Assembly (NCBI GenBank): GCA_964187785.1
Contig: OZ076409.1
Coordinates: 76,696,001 to 76,760,000, forward strand
Direction of reading: 5' to 3'
From: Amphiscolops sp. MND2022
Taxonomy: Eukaryota
Length of the DNA stretch: 64,000 nucleotides
The notes under the pieces are model-generated. The model had not been told where the DNA came from. It did not search any database and saw only the letters and a program-made list of their open reading frames with translations. Positions within the stretch are counted from its first letter, which is position 1. Each line of letters opens with the position of its first letter. The position numbers and the translations under genes are program-made. Below are positions 48,438 to 62,605 of this stretch, piece by piece.

Positions 48438-50718
48438 TGTTACGACTATTTACCGGTGTTGTTTTAGAGTTAGTCGCAGTGTGAATCTTGACGGAGTGGA
48501 GTCCTTGTTACGGAAACATTTTCAAGTTCAGAGTCAGAGTCTTGAACATTCATGTGGACAGTTTGTTTCTTGTTTAAAGGTGCTATCAGTTTAAGCATTT
48601 CTTTTTGGTTTTCTGCAAGTATTTTTGTTGAATCAGACATGATTTCTTTCCTTAGAGATGTTTTTATCTCAATCAAACTCTCAGGTTCCACTCTAGGAAC
48701 TTTGCTGGAACTAGCTACGAGGTTTTCAGACGGAGAGTTTTCGGCTACAGAGGTTTCAAAATCTCCAGAAACTAACTCAGCTACAGCTTTCCTTTTCTGA
48801 CTTCTAGTTGTCATTTTTGCAGTTAGAAAAGTAGGTTCTCCGGCAAGAGGTGAATTCTTCGAAGAAGATTTTTGTTTAACGTTAAAGCAACGAAAGAGTT
48901 TAAGTTTATTACAACTCGCAAAGTTAACTAACTAAATTTACATGTTCTGCCTAAGTATTTATACCTTCCTAGCATCATTTGTTCCTCACCTAAAAATTCC
49001 TAGATTTTGTAAAAATCGGGTTTGTTCATCAAAAAGCGCTAATGATTCAAATTATTTCAGTCCCGCGTCATAAAATCAGGTATCAAAATTCCTAGTTGCG
49101 TCGATATTCCGTAATGTTTTTTGAAATCATTTTTGTTCAGACTGTTCACTTCCTGTCTAAGCCTCAAAATTGCGGCAAAATAAAAGTCTAACTAACATTT
49201 TCATCAACGCAGGCACGCCGGCGTGATCAATTAGTCAATTCCCAACTCAAGAAAGTTGAGATTCGAAGCAAAAGAATGACTCGCAAAAATTGTAGCGGAA
49301 CTGAAACGGAGCAAAGGGAATTTGAGAATGCGGATATTTGGATATTATTGAGGAACAAACAATGCTAGAAAAATATAATGACGACCAACAGTTAATTTGT
49401 ATAAACCGAACAGCTACATCTACAATAAACTCAAAATTTGACCTATACATGGTCATATCGTAGCAAGTACAAAATACAAAGTACAAATAGGTGAGAAAAA
49501 TATACCTGCAAACAACAATTACTTTGCACCCGAATGAACATCGTATATGAATGAATAAGAAGGTCATTCTGCAGGAATAGCACTTGGTTTGGATTTGACG
49601 TTAGTCTTACGTTACGTTCTGTGAAATATTTTAGCGATAAGTCACTAACTACTGAATACATGAAAACTTTTAGTGTAACGTAAGGTAAACGTGATTTAAG
49701 AGATTGTCATAATGACTAAGCACTGTCACATAAGCACAGTATCGTTACCCTTCGATCATAGTTTCAATTTCTCTTTACGGTACAACCTTTTACATGAGGA
49801 CTTATTTCCAAAATGCTTCAAGTGCGTCGATTCAGAAAAACCTCGTTTGATTTCCGTTTAAACCAATGCTCCATTGCTACTATTTTACGAATTGCTCCGT
49901 AGATGCTCCGTACGTATTAAGATCAGCTATAGCTGAGCGGCAGAACACAATTTTACAATTCGTTCCGTAGTTGCTTCGTACGTATTAAGGTTGGTTATAG
50001 CCAAGCAACGGTGGCTGACGGAGTTAAAGCGGAGGGCGTAGGCGAATTCAATCTTTCTTTCAGTTAATTGGCGTTGCTAGGGGCAACCAAGCGCGGTTTC
50101 TATTAGCTCGAGCTCAAATAATTCAATCAAGGAGCCACGCTATTGGTCCGTGAAAATAGAAACACCCATGATTAGCTTAGTTGAGTGACGCAGTCAAAAC
50201 GTTGTAAACATTTGTTTAGAATCACTTGACTGGGGTCTTAAACAGATATTTGACAACTATTTTAATACCGGAGAAAATACCTCCTCTGTATTTGTATGTT
50301 TTCTATTTTAGATCGTATGAACTCTGTTGGGGTCTCGGAGTTAATTACTATATTTGATGTTTTTATTTCAGAGTGGAGCAGCGAAGAAAATGATCCCGTT
50401 TAGAAAATGTTTCTGTTTTAATATTTGGATTGGTATGGAAAAATCAGAAGATGAAACCGGAAATGAGAAATAGCGTTGCGCGTGAAAATATTTGACCGGA
50501 AGTTTTAGCTTGCTTAGAATCATATTTGGAAATATTCCGTGGCGTTTACCTTCGATTCTGTATCTGAAAAATTATCTGCAATTATCTAGTTGTACCGTAA
50601 GTAGAATTAAAATAGCTTACGCATTAGTGAGTTTAATGGTTTTTGCAATACCCGCGCCCTCTTCCTCTGCCCATCACGTAGCAGAAACTGCATCCTCGGC
50701 CGGGAGCGGGCCGCGACA
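48438..50718 (-). mobile_element. Solo LTR (2281 bp) of an LTR retrotransposon
   Basis: TGT...ACA termini (tgttacg at 48438, cgcgaca ending 50718) flanked by the 5-bp direct repeat ATTGG (48433-37, 50719-23). Contains the start of a Gag-like ORF. Confidence 0.7.
48470..48814 (-). pseudogene. N-terminal fragment of a Gag-like ORF inside the solo LTR
   Basis: MTTRSQ start (the M-x-TRS pattern is common in retrotransposon Gag), coiled-coil-like EIKTSLRKEIMSDSTKILAENQKEMLKLI; a shifted frame (VKIHTATNSKTTPVNSRN) runs open to the LTR end. Confidence 0.55.
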
Positions 50719-52180
50719 ATTGGTGTGTAAATTCAAACGTTAGTTTGACAGGAGATAATTTGAAAGAGTAGTAATAGTTGAGCTTTTAATAGCCGCTTTT
50801 GAAAAAATGATCTTTATCAATGAAATGATTTTTATCAATTTAGCTGGAAAGTCCAAGTCCTAAGGCTCAATTGTCTACCGGTTACAATGCTAGCTTTGGA
50901 AGCAGTTTGTAGGTCCGAATCCTGCTGAAGAGTAATTTTTTATGTTCTCGAAAAGAGCACTTTACCAATACAGGTTTCTGATATGCATATAATCTTACTC
51001 ATTTTATAACTTCACAAACTTCGGGTTAAAAAAGCAACTAAAAGGTTCTTAGTAAATGGGTGTTTGAAACATTCTTTTAACAATGTTAAACATAATACTA
51101 ATTGTTACGTAAGCTGGTATATTATTTTAACGCAGAATGTCAATTTGAGGTGCTCCGGACAGGAAAATTTCCGTTTTAGAAAAAACTCTGCTCGCTCATG
51201 CTGCTCGTTTCATTTTGTTTTTCTCCGCTGAATGTTTTTTGTCATTACCATACCACCAAGCCAACTATGAAACAATTATGAGGTGAGAAAGATTAGAACC
51301 CGATACCATCCTAAAGCAAATCGATTGCTTGCTCGTTCCACAACACCCTGCTCCCTAAAATAATGAAATTCGAGACTTTGGTAACGAAGAAAAGCAAGCG
51401 ATGGGAAATCGAGCTATTGCATACAAAAAATGTTCCGAGAAATCTTTTTTCATCCATTTCATCTTCGTACAAAAATCTCTGGAATGAAAACCAGTTAAAA
51501 ATACATTTCATATATGCCTCAATGAAGGAATGATTTGAAACCAATTTGTAGCAAAAAAAAAACAAAAATTATAGAAAAGCACATGTAAATGCAATTGTTT
51601 TCTCTCATAAATGCTCGTTTTTACAATAATTCTCAAATTTATGCCGACTGTATTTCCTTTTGATGCGAATATCTTGTAGAGAACTCGAATTATGTACGCA
51701 AATATATCAATGAAATTTTGTTCCCATTCAGTTTACTCTATTTCACCTCAGGAAAAATCCTAAGTTGAAAGCGCCTCTCAACTCTGCCAAAACGTGAAAA
51801 AGTGGCTTTGATGGTAGAAAGAGTAAAAAATTTGGAACTTTGATATCAAGGCCAATAGCGTTGAGTGTTCCTTCGCTTTTGAAAGGCTTTCTTCTTTATT
51901 CGCCAACATAGTAGGGTCCTTTATTCGCCAGCATCCAATTTGTGTATGTATAACCTGTCATTTAGGGAAATCTATCTAACTGACGTGAATTTGGCTGAAA
52001 TTTACAACGAAAGAAGCAATGTTTTTGAAGAATAACGTCTTTTTCAAGTAACAATTTTTTCGAGTAACGTGATCAAGTAAAAAGTATCATTTCAAACGGC
52101 AAACATCGCTTTCTCACGCTTGGCTCACGTCATTCTCTGGAACAGGCACTTTGTAAAGTATAATGTAACCAAAACAGCTT

Positions 52181-53168
52181 GGGCTCGAGCAGAAACGTTC
52201 AATGGTCTGCAGAAGGTGCTACAAATTCTTTAGTTTCCAGGGCCTACAACTTTGTGAACTTTTTAAGTGTCAGATCAGGAAATTCTGATGAAAGAACTGA
52301 AAAAAATCGAATAAAACTTTTTTGAGAAAAATGGAAAAAAATTTTGGCAGAATTCCGAAGGCGTCATACTTTATCACGGAAACTTTGATAACACAAAAGT
52401 AGCCCACATCCTTGCCTCACTTCGTCAGGGAGAATGGTTTTCGTTTCTATTTTCAGTTCTGAGAAAAACCTGCTACAATTTGGAAAATTGAAAAAAATCA
52501 GAAAAATTTTTTCATTACTTTATTTGCTCAAAAAATCCAGAGCGAAAAAAATTGACGTCACTTCTGGCCTAAAACGTAGACGACTCAGGCTTCGTAAAAT
52601 TAACGAAACCATGAACCCCATATTTGGTCTCAGTCATGAGATAGAGGAGCTCAAGTAAAAAAGAACCGAGAATTTTTTTTGGAAAATTCAAGTATTTTTG
52701 GCAGAAAAACGAAGGCGTCATACTTGATGACGAAAACTCTGTTGGTCCAAAAAGTAGTTTACATCCATGTTGTTTTTTCCCGAAAGGGAATGGTTTCTGT
52801 ATCTTTTATCAGTTTTGAGAAATATGAGCTACGAATGAGAAAAAATTTTTCGACTGTTTTTTTCATCTTTTGTTTTGCCCAAAAATGCCAAGTATGAAAA
52901 AAAATTGACGTCAATTTTCCGCCAAAATGTAGCCTATGAAACGCTTGTACAATGTACGAAATGGTGGACCCTGTATTCAGTCTCAGTTCTGAGATATAGG
53001 GGATCAATGATGAAAAACACTGGAAAATCGCATTTTTAGCGGAAACATGATGTCCGTATCTGTTCTGGGTTTTGAGAAGTTTGCCTCACAAGTTTGAAAA
53101 GTTAATACATGTCACGAAATCTGCGAAAAAAGACGTCACCATATGGGCATCTCGCTAAGCTCGAGCCC
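52181..53168. mobile_element. MITE-like element with short TIRs and two internal ~355-bp diverged repeats
   Basis: GGGCTCGAGC (52181) / GCTCGAGCCC (53159); cgaaggcgtcatactt...aaaaattgacgtca blocks at ~52356 and ~52710. Confidence 0.5.
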
Positions 53169-53961
53169 CAAAAGCATTTCAATTCGAATCCTGTTGACCT
53201 TGTTGCGAAAGTGTATTTACCGGCAAAAATTTCGTGACTTAAGTTTGTAAGTCAGCTCAAAGTACCTGAAGAACTTTGCACAATTGTGGGTTAACCCAGA
53301 AAACGTCAAAAATTTGAATTTTGGATCCAAAAACGGTTGTTCGCATTTTAACAGGCAACATTGGAACTAAATTGAATGACTTTGAAACTTTACAATGAAA
53401 AACGAAAACCTGAAATTCGGGTTTGTATGAATTTCTGGAATCCATTTTTGTGATTATTCATATGAAAGAAGAATACTCGACAACTTAGAAGATACAACTT
53501 TGTTCTAAGCTGGCAAGGCAGCATATAGGTACAATTCCACCCACTTTCATATGGCTCCAAGTTCATTTCATATGAATTCCACAATAGTGTCTCACACTAA
53601 TTAGCTAGAAAAAAAACTTTGAAGTTAATCAACTTGTTCTGACAGCTTCATTCTGTTCTGAAGTATTTTAAAGCTGATTCGAATTAGATGTTGACAAAAA
53701 CTTCGAAAGCTCAAAATTTTCGAAGCGTTTGTCAAAAATTCGCGATGTTCGAATTTCAGATTTTTATTCATTAATGTAAAAAAAAACTACTGACGGTTCG
53801 ATTGAATTTAATTTTCAAATCAAGGCGTGAAAACCAGATGACGTCAAATTATATTGGGCCATCTTGAAAGCGTTCGAAAGCCAAAATGTAACCGATATAA
53901 AACGCTTGGTTGCAATGTTCCGTTGGACAATTTGTGGTAACAAAATATTTTTCATTCATGA

Positions 53962-54668
53962 ACAAGCGGCATAAAGATCTCCCCGCCTCGCCTAAAGCTC
54001 AAAAAGATCAAAAGTACATTAACGAATCAAAAAATCTCTTTTGAATAAATTCTGAATTTCACAGTAAGGTAAACACGAAGGGGAAACCTTTTCGAAGGGG
54101 TTGCATGTTTTTTGAACCTCCGCTTCTTCGGTAAAACGCAATTCACTTCAGATATAATGTCAAAAAATTAGACATTTTTGCAAAATTTTGAACTTTCGCC
54201 TCCTCTTTTGTAAAACACAATTCACTTTGGATATAACGCCAAAAATTCGGATATAGCTCAAAATTTTGAAGCTCCGCGTCCTCTTTTGTAAAACGGAATT
54301 CATTTCGAATGTGTTAGCAAATAGCTTAGAAGTTAGCATATAGCATGCTGAACCAAACGGGAGCGCTTTATTTTGAATCTGCGGCTCCTTTACGGTAAAA
54401 CGCAATTTACTTCGGATAAAACGTCAAAAATTCGGATTTAACGCAATATACTCTGGATATGACGTTGCAAATTTGGATATAGCGTAATATTTTGTTCATA
54501 TCAGAAAAGACCATTAATATAGTTCAGTTCCCTAGGTCAAATGGTACATTTCAAGATTTTGTATATCTTCTGAAGAACTATTTTGGGCAGTTCGTGTGGA
54601 TTGAAAAAAAACGTCCAAAAGCTGCAATAATAGTCGCGTTTTTATTCCATAAAAGCGCCGACTAAAAA
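53962..54668 (-). mobile_element. Diverged HINE family A copy with ~70-bp internal tandem repeats
   Basis: Ends aaaagcgccgactaaaaa (~54651-54668); ttttgaa.ctccgc...gtaaaacgcaattcacttcggatata units at 54080-54480. Confidence 0.55.
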
Positions 54669-55959
54669 CGGGGGCAGAATGATGTTTGACGTTGGATACG
54701 TCTAATAGAGATCTCACATAGAAAAATTGCGTGAAATTTTTGGATTACCGAAAACTTCAACACGTGGAAACTCAACACAAAAAATTCAATACAAGAAAAT
54801 CAAAACGTTTGCATTAAAATTCCCAATGACTTCTCGCATAACTTTTTCATTATTCGTGTCACGAAAGTTTTGATTTTCAAAGTGTTTCATGTGTTCTGTT
54901 GTCTTTTTCAGGACGTCCAATCAATTTTTCTTGAACATCTGAGCAATTGTTTGAGAGTCGAAACGAAGTTTTTCTTAGTTTGCGTGAAAACAAATCTTGT
55001 GAAAAGCAAACTTATATGAAACGGTTTTCGGATTGCATCTGGTGTTCGTCATCTTTTTGCTTCATCGAGGGGACCTCCATAATGATTCCAATTCTTCGAG
55101 CAACCCAAGTAACTGCCCTTCGAATATAATTTGATGTGACTGTCCATTTTGTGAAAACTACTATTTTTCTTATGTTGAAAAGTAATTCCAATTGAACAAC
55201 CAGGAGTTGTACATTTGAATCATTGACAGTGTGAAATACGATTTTCGAATTTTTTTTTGAAATAGCTTTCGACAAATGCGCTGAAACGTTTTTGCGGTCA
55301 GCGTTTATTAACAACTGATTCCAATGAAAAAATTCCATTGAATCACATCCAAATCGTATTAGAGCTGAGAGAACAAAACAAGTCAGTAGACTTCAAAGGC
55401 TTGTTATTTTCGCCCACATATAATAGGGAAGGAAAATCATAATCTGTGTTGCGTTTTTTTCCAAATTCTGCCAAATCTCCACTCTGTTACTCCATTTAGT
55501 TAGTAAGTTCTAGTCACCATGGCCCAGTTGGTAGTGTGTCTGCCTGGCATATTTTTCCAAAATTTAAACTTGTAGGTTAGATTCACTGCTACCGGTGAAG
55601 TATTCTCTAACGGTCATTGTTTGTTAATTGACTAGAACTTTCACCAAAATATTGCAATTTGGTTGAAATTGGTCAAATACGAAGTTGCCACGACTTCACA
55701 AATTCCATTGAGAAAGAAATTGCTTATCAATTTTAGAAATTCCTTTGATATGTAGGCGCCGTACTTATGAGCAATTTATTCAAATTTCCATTAAATTGAA
55801 ACGTTTTGAAGCGTGATATTTTCCACTAAAGCAGATATTGTCGCCAGTTCGGGCTGTCCAGTGGACTTTGTTCCTTTGTTCGCACCATCGATCACTGAGT
55901 ATTTTCTTTTCCCCGAGGCGTTCAAGTTGTTTTCGCCTTGAAATATTAACCCTGAGTGA

Positions 55960-56051
55960 AAAAACAGCAGAAAACAAATTGTAGAAAACAGCAGAATTGA
56001 GAATAGATTCTCAATTCTGCTGTTTTCTACAATTTGTTTTCGGCTGTTTTT
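55960..56051. repeat. Near-perfect palindrome, 45-bp arms with a 2-nt spacer
   Basis: 55960-56004 is the reverse complement of 56007-56051 with one mismatch. Confidence 0.9.
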
Positions 56052-57099
56052 GTTCCAAGGAAGTGAAGTGGATCCAAATTTTGAATGTCACAATATGAAA
56101 TCCGAAGTAATAGCGGATGACAATCATTCGGAATCAACTCAAGCAGCTGACGACATATGAGACATCAACAACCTATAATAAATAAAATCAAATAGTTTTT
56201 GAAATGGTATTTTGAGTCTATATGTTGTCGAAACACCCTTATGCTGCATTATATAGAGTCTCGACAACTAAAGGACATCTCGGGCTAACGGATTCTCGGT
56301 GACCCTTTATATGTCTTGATATAAGCCGCCGTATGAAATAATTAAAAGCCTAACTAAACTAATGACTGCCTATGATTTCTTAGTTCCAGCTGCATGTTTT
56401 AGATCAAAGATATTACCTAATTTCAAATGTTGATAATTTTTGACGCTTTCTGTGATGCATTTTCTTTTTGGGAGATTCAGGAGATGATAATGGTGGGCAT
56501 ATTGCAAAAACTATGTACTGTAAGCATTGAAAAACATTCGATGTAATGTAAGTTTTCCTACCTGATTGAACCCTGGGAAAAGGCTCAACCTTGCTGAACT
56601 GAAAGGCTGTGAAGTCTACTCAAGACACGACGACATTAGTTGTTTTTTTTTTACTTATATAGAGTGCCTTTACGACAAAAGTTATAGGAATAGAAATATA
56701 TAATTTAATTGGGTATTCATAAAAATCTTAATATTACATTTACAGAAAAAACCCAATAACGGCGAGAAAGGATCCCGAGAACCAACTTTTGCACATTTAA
56801 TCAATCAATTGTTTCGCCGGAGAAGATTACTTGCCCCGTGAAATTAATTGGATGTAAATACAAGAAAAAGATTGTAAAGAGATTGCGACTGTCAAAAACG
56901 CAAGAAGTTTTTTGATGATATTGGTTGAAATGCGACGGAGTCATGTTTTGTACATCAAATGGTATACAGAGAAGCTCAATCAGCCAGTTATACACTAACA
57001 TTCTCAACCGATTTTTTCTTGGTGACGGATCGACAGGTTGGAGAAGACCTTTAGTTTGATTCGTTGTTAACGATGAGATTTTTTTAATTTCAGGCAAGA

Positions 57100-58100
57100 G
57101 GGCTTCGTGGCGTAACTGCCGTAGAAGAATTCGGTTGTCCCGTAGAATGTCAGTGATACGATCGCATTTAGTTTTGAAAAGATTGCTCTTCGACGCTGCA
57201 CTCTTTCAATTTTCTCAAACTTGTTTTAGCTGCTGAACCCTAGATTTACCAGCCAGACGTAATTTAGGCCACACAACTTGTTCAGTTTTTTCCGAGGTTA
57301 TCGATGTGCAGATTGAACCAAAGCCACTTGTCTAGATGAACGCCTAAATACTTAGAGGATGTTTTTGTAAGTCTCTGGCGTATGTTTATTTTCAAAGGCT
57401 TCGGAAACATCGCAACACCAGTTTTCCGTTATCTTCTTCAACAGTTGCCTTATTAGCGACTAACCAGTCAAAATCCGCATCTAATTCCTCTTCTAATGAG
57501 AAAATATTTTTCCCGGCGTTGATTATTGGCGTGTCATCCGTAAACATTGTTACTTCACTTTCGCCACTACTAGTATCAAGATCATTAGAACATCATACAG
57601 CAAGAAAAACGGTCCCTGTATTGAACACCGGCAACAACTGTGAGAATCTGTTCATTGTCAGTGAAAACTCCATTCAGAATTGTTTGTTGCCATCGATCAC
57701 TGCGGCTACTTTTTATCATCGCATGTAACGGTCCTCTAAAGCCGCATAATTTCTTAGAAAGTAACGAGTGATCTAGCGTATCGAATGCCTTTTGAAGATA
57801 TATGAAACATGATTGTCCAGTTGCCTTTTGTCTCTTTTAAATTCGGATCAGCGGTTGGTAAAACGAGCAGATTGAACCGTACTGACTGATTTTAGAGTTT
57901 TCATTTTGTCACAAACTCTAATTATTCGTATTGGAATTAGTTTTTCAAAGATTTTACCAATAGAACTTATTATGCTATTTGATGTATAATTTTTTTCTAT
58001 CGAATAGTCTATGTATCGGTAATTCATTGGTTTTTTTTCAAAATCTTAGAAACCGTATTTTCTACGACAATTTGTATAATTTATGAACGTATTGGCTATT
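57100..58100 (-). pseudogene. Heavily decayed LINE reverse transcriptase fragment
   Basis: Minus strand gives SSKYLGVHLDKWLWFNLHIDNLGKKLNKLCGL (~57265-57360) and a KAFDT-like segment near 57780-57795. Confidence 0.65.
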
Positions 58101-58149
58101 GGGTTCTCAAAAACTCGGGAACATCATTTAGGTATCTCAATTTTAACTC

Positions 58150-59750
58150 AATCGCAACCTGAAAGCGTTTTGTTTTTCGTTGGTTCAACAATTTTCCTAA
58201 CTGCCAACTGATTTGTTATTTGGATTACTATAGAAATCTTTTGAGGTAACTTTGTATTCATTTTCGTGTTGAGAGCTTGGATGGCAGCAATGGGCCTATG
58301 AAAACAAATTACTCGTTTGTATTTCTTGCATCGAAGAGGCTTGGGCTTGCTTGGTTGTTTCTTTTTCTTGTGTTTTTTAAATGGTTTTAAGCGGAGGATA
58401 ACCTGCAAGTTTTGGTAATTTGCTTCCTGCTGCTACGCTTGTCGAATCATGGATATTGTTCCTCAATACCTTGTGTTTTTGATGATTTTCAGGGGATGAA
58501 TCACAAAATCAAATTTTGGAAGAATTTGTTGCTCTGTTTTTGTGTTTTTTATTTTGTTACTAATCCGGTCGTCATTTTCTCTCGTTGCAATTTTTTCTTT
58601 CTTGGTGCGAATCTGCTCACCCTCACCGCTATTATTTTTGAAAATGACATTACTTGTGCACCGCCTGCTGCGTCATTTACTATTTGCCTCATTTTCGGAG
58701 CTAGGGCAAACAAAAACGTTTGCTCTTTTCTCCCTTTGACTTTCTTCAGATCGTGTACTTTAACATTTGCTTCACTAATTTCCCTACGTCCGGTTTTCAT
58801 TGCAATAGATCCCAGTACTGTCTAATGATCAGAGATGGTTGTTCATTGTGTCGTTGGTTCATTTTGTTTTCCAGAAACAAAGTGTTGAAGGCAGCTTTTC
58901 GACTGTGGTGTTCCTCTTGTGTAATCAATATTTTTTAAATTTATTTGTCAATAGGTTTTCATACTTGGTTTTTTCAGTGTCATCCTTCAAAGTGCCTATA
59001 ATAAATAACCAATGAGGCATGGTTCGTATTATGAGTTCTTGATGTAACATATCATCGTTTCGAATTCTGCGAGGCGGAAGGTGAGTCGGTAAGTTTCAGA
59101 TCGGTGAAGTTTGCAAAATACTTTCACTCCTTGTTGATGAAAATCCACTGTAATAAAAGAGCATTCAATGTTAGTATCTTAGTTTACTAGTTCATAGTCG
59201 ATACTTGTTTTGAAATTGAAGGCGACACGTCTTAGGAAAGTTTTTTTGAGGTTGGCCTCAAGGAATGGTAGTCTTCCAAATTGTACGTTTGACTGTCTTC
59301 GTCTTCCGTCATCCAATTTTCTAAGCTAATATATCTGGCTTCGCAGTGAGTGTTTCCAACGAAACTTTCATTTTATCTTAACGGTAATTTAAACGGCTTA
59401 CTTCTGGCCCTTGGAATAAAATTTTTATTCTCAGTCTTATATGTCAGCAGTTGGTTCCCACCATTATACATGAAATCACTTCGAGAAGACATTTGGTTTA
59501 AAGGCGGTGAGCAAACGTTCAACAAGAGACTGTCACTGAAAAAAAAGAGAAGATCCTGTCAAATTTTCTCATAACCATTTTGTGAGCAACTTCGATTCGT
59601 ACTTTTTGGCACTGGTGTCATATTTGGCGAATCCTCGAAAGGCCTTGGTAGGAACATGTGGTTGCTACAGGTGTTGCTTGTTCGTTCCCTTGGTAGTTGA
59701 TCGATATCCTTTTTTGTTCCGTACCACTTTGGAGATGTATGTAGTCGTAA
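58150..59750 (-). pseudogene. Possible decayed LTR-retrotransposon gag-like region
   Basis: Broken coding-like minus-strand stretches rich in K/E/Q with remnant Cys/His spacing; no intact diagnostic motif. Confidence 0.3.
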
Positions 59751-60009
59751 CAAAGTTCTTAACTTTTAATCATATAATTTCACTTTAATATCTTTTTTCG
59801 GTTTCTTCCCAAGTAAATGGGTTGTTTGTTTTTAGGTAAACCATATTGGGGCGACTTAGAAGCATTTGTCTATTGAAGATATCAGTTTTGTGATGAAAGT
59901 ACAGGAACTTAACAATCACTGATAGTACGTGTCTTTTTCCAAACGTTAACAAATAATAGAATTATTAACATTTGTATTACCATCTTTAGTCTGTTCTTTT
60001 ATTAACAAA

Positions 60010-60451
60010 AGAGCCCGACTATTACAGTCACTCGTTTTTTTTCGTTTTTAACACAGACTCTTTGCGAAGAACGCCAACGTTTTGTTCAGTTTGTTCAACT
60101 AATGGAAACTAAATGAATACCCGGGAAACGCATCCAAGTTATTCCAAAGGGTAACCCCTTGGTTTTTCATTTTTTAAAAGTAACCTACAAAACCGGACGG
60201 GACTAAAACGGTCCCCCTTTCGTTTTTTTCGGCTTCGAAATTGTTTTGTCTGCAAAGGGTCCCCACGTTGGTTTTTTTTGTTTTTTAAACGTAGTTTACA
60301 AAACAGGATGAGTGTAAAGGGCCCCTCTTTTGGTATTTTTTTCGGCACTGTACGACTTTTTCTCGAATTTTTTTTCTGTCTCCAAAGGGTCCCCCCTTCG
60401 ATTTTATTTGAGCCTTAAATATAGCGCCGACTTGAGACGTGCCTGTCTTGT
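60010..60451 (+). mobile_element. Partial HINE family A copy
   Basis: gagcccgactattacagtcac at the 5' side, gggtcccc modules, 3' agcgccgacttgagacgtgcctgtcttgt. Confidence 0.55.
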
Positions 60452-62122
60452 TCATACAAGTAAATGGACCGTATGGGTATTGATGATGTTGAATTTTTTA
60501 TCAGTTGTATTTAAAACCAACTTCAGCTAATGAATGATGAAATGGTTCCACAGGTCATGATTCAAATACCGGAAAAAGCTGAGGTATTTGAAGGAACACA
60601 ATCAACTCACATTAGAATGATCGATTTTCAAAACATCTGAAACAGTTTTCTTTCACCAATTATGAAGTTTCTCTGATATTCAATTAAATATAGAAGTATC
60701 ATGCATTTAAGGATAACGTGAAGAAATGAAACTACTAGGCATTAAAACGGTAACTTGCTCACCCGTTCAAAAAAGTCATAGATGAAACGCGTTGGTGATA
60801 AAAACCTTAATGAAAGTCAGCAAAAAATTGTGTATTCGATGCTGATATTTGAACGTTTCTTGTTTTAAATCATTCGAAATGTTTTCAAACAATTTGGTAT
60901 TCGTTGATGTTATTGTTTTTCAGGTTCATTAGCAACTGAGAAAAAGTCTCAATTTGCATGTTTTCAGGGAGCACGGTGTAGTGGAAAGAATTCAGTTTGT
61001 TTTAGGTTTCATATCTATCTCATATTACCATCTTTGAGCCTTACTTAATCAAGTTCGTATTCCGTAACCTAGTGTGGTCATAGAAAAGTCAACTGTATGT
61101 ATGCCGGAGAAAAGCAACATTTATAACCTTTGTCACATTCAGCAAGCCGCTTCGAAAAAGCAGCTTCAAAGGAACCCTTGCTTGACCACTTGGCTGCCAA
61201 TATGGTACGATAGGGTTGCTCTAGGCAATTATTGTCCCAAAAATGCGCCGAGATAGACAAGCAGAACTGATTACGCGTCTAAGCCTGCGGAACTCGGTAA
61301 ACGGAATAACCTTTCATTTTCAGCATCAGATTTTTTGGAGTGTACATTTGTATGATTTTGATTTCGAAGTGCTTACTCCGTAACAGAACGAACAACACCA
61401 AAGCAAGGGGTCTATCCTTTTTCGAGACTCCTGGAACTTGTTACATGCCGTAGGCCTGCATATAAGGTAATATATTTTGAAAAATTCGAAAAATCAATAA
61501 GCATCAGTGGTAAATCTTGTAGAGTTACACTGCAGTTTCCCCTATTTCTACTAATATCTACCTCTTCGTGACCGGCACGATCAACTTGTTCTTACTTTGA
61601 TTTCTTAACTACTTATCTAATGTTATCACCGCTTCTCAAATAGCACGCTGAATATGGTGCTAGTTTGTTGTTTACATTGTGAATGAAGTCAATTCACTTT
61701 AAGATAGCGGTGAAAACGATAACATCTTAAATGCATCTAAAATAGAACTGCTTCTAAATTAAAGCTGCAAAATTTCAAGGCTTAAATTTGCCGCCAAATT
61801 TAGGATGTTTCTTTCAAACAGCCTGATAAAAGTCCAAGAAAACCGGGCGATATTTCCGCATGAAAGGCTTCGTAGGAGTGTTAGAAAATCATAATGAAAG
61901 CTGGTGGCAGCTTTTTCGAACATTAAAAACGTTCAAACATTTTCAACAAGGGATTTTTCTACAGACCCACCACGCTAGATTCTCTTCCTCATTTTCAAAT
62001 TGTAAGGTATTGCAAACGTATATTGTATAGGAAGTGTGAAAATTTAGTAGAATAAATCACTCCCCAACTAGGCCCATTTAAAATGCACATTCGCAATATC
62101 TTGTCACACTGCGTTATATTAA

Positions 62123-62605
62123 ACAAGCCGGGAACGGCCCAAGTCGGCGCCATATCCAAGGCTCAAAAATAGCAAAAGGACTTCAAAATTTCCAAGTCTT
62201 GGTGAATTGAGACTACTTTTATGGAAATTTTTTTTCTGAAAAAAAGTCTGACAATGCCGAAAAAAACTGAAAGGGAGGACCCTTTGGGATTTTTCAACGT
62301 CCATTCTGTTCCAAAACTCCAAAAAATTGAAGGGGGACCCTTTCGTGGGAATTTTTTTTAAAAAAGTCACAGAGTGCCGAAAAAATCTAAAGGGGGGACC
62401 TTTTGGTCTCGTCCGGTATTGTATGCCACGCGGGAAACCTTTTTGGTTCTGTTCCTTGGGCCAAAAGGTACATTTTGGGGTCTTCTGAATTTTGTAGAAC
62501 TTTTGGTAGAACTATTTTGGTCAGTTCAGGTGGTCTTAAAAAAAACACTGACGAAAAGCCATGACTATAGTCGACTCTTTTCTTAACAAAAGCGCCGACT
62601 AAAAA
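62123..62605 (-). mobile_element. HINE family A, complete copy
   Basis: acaagccgggaacggcccaagtcggcgcc ... agtcgactcttttcttaacaaaagcgccgactaaaaa; homologous to 3517-3958. Confidence 0.75.

Noticed and set aside
50856..50932. tRNA-like sequences (also ~55514-55590)
   Set aside because: Degenerate A/B boxes with broken stems; probably old SINE heads.
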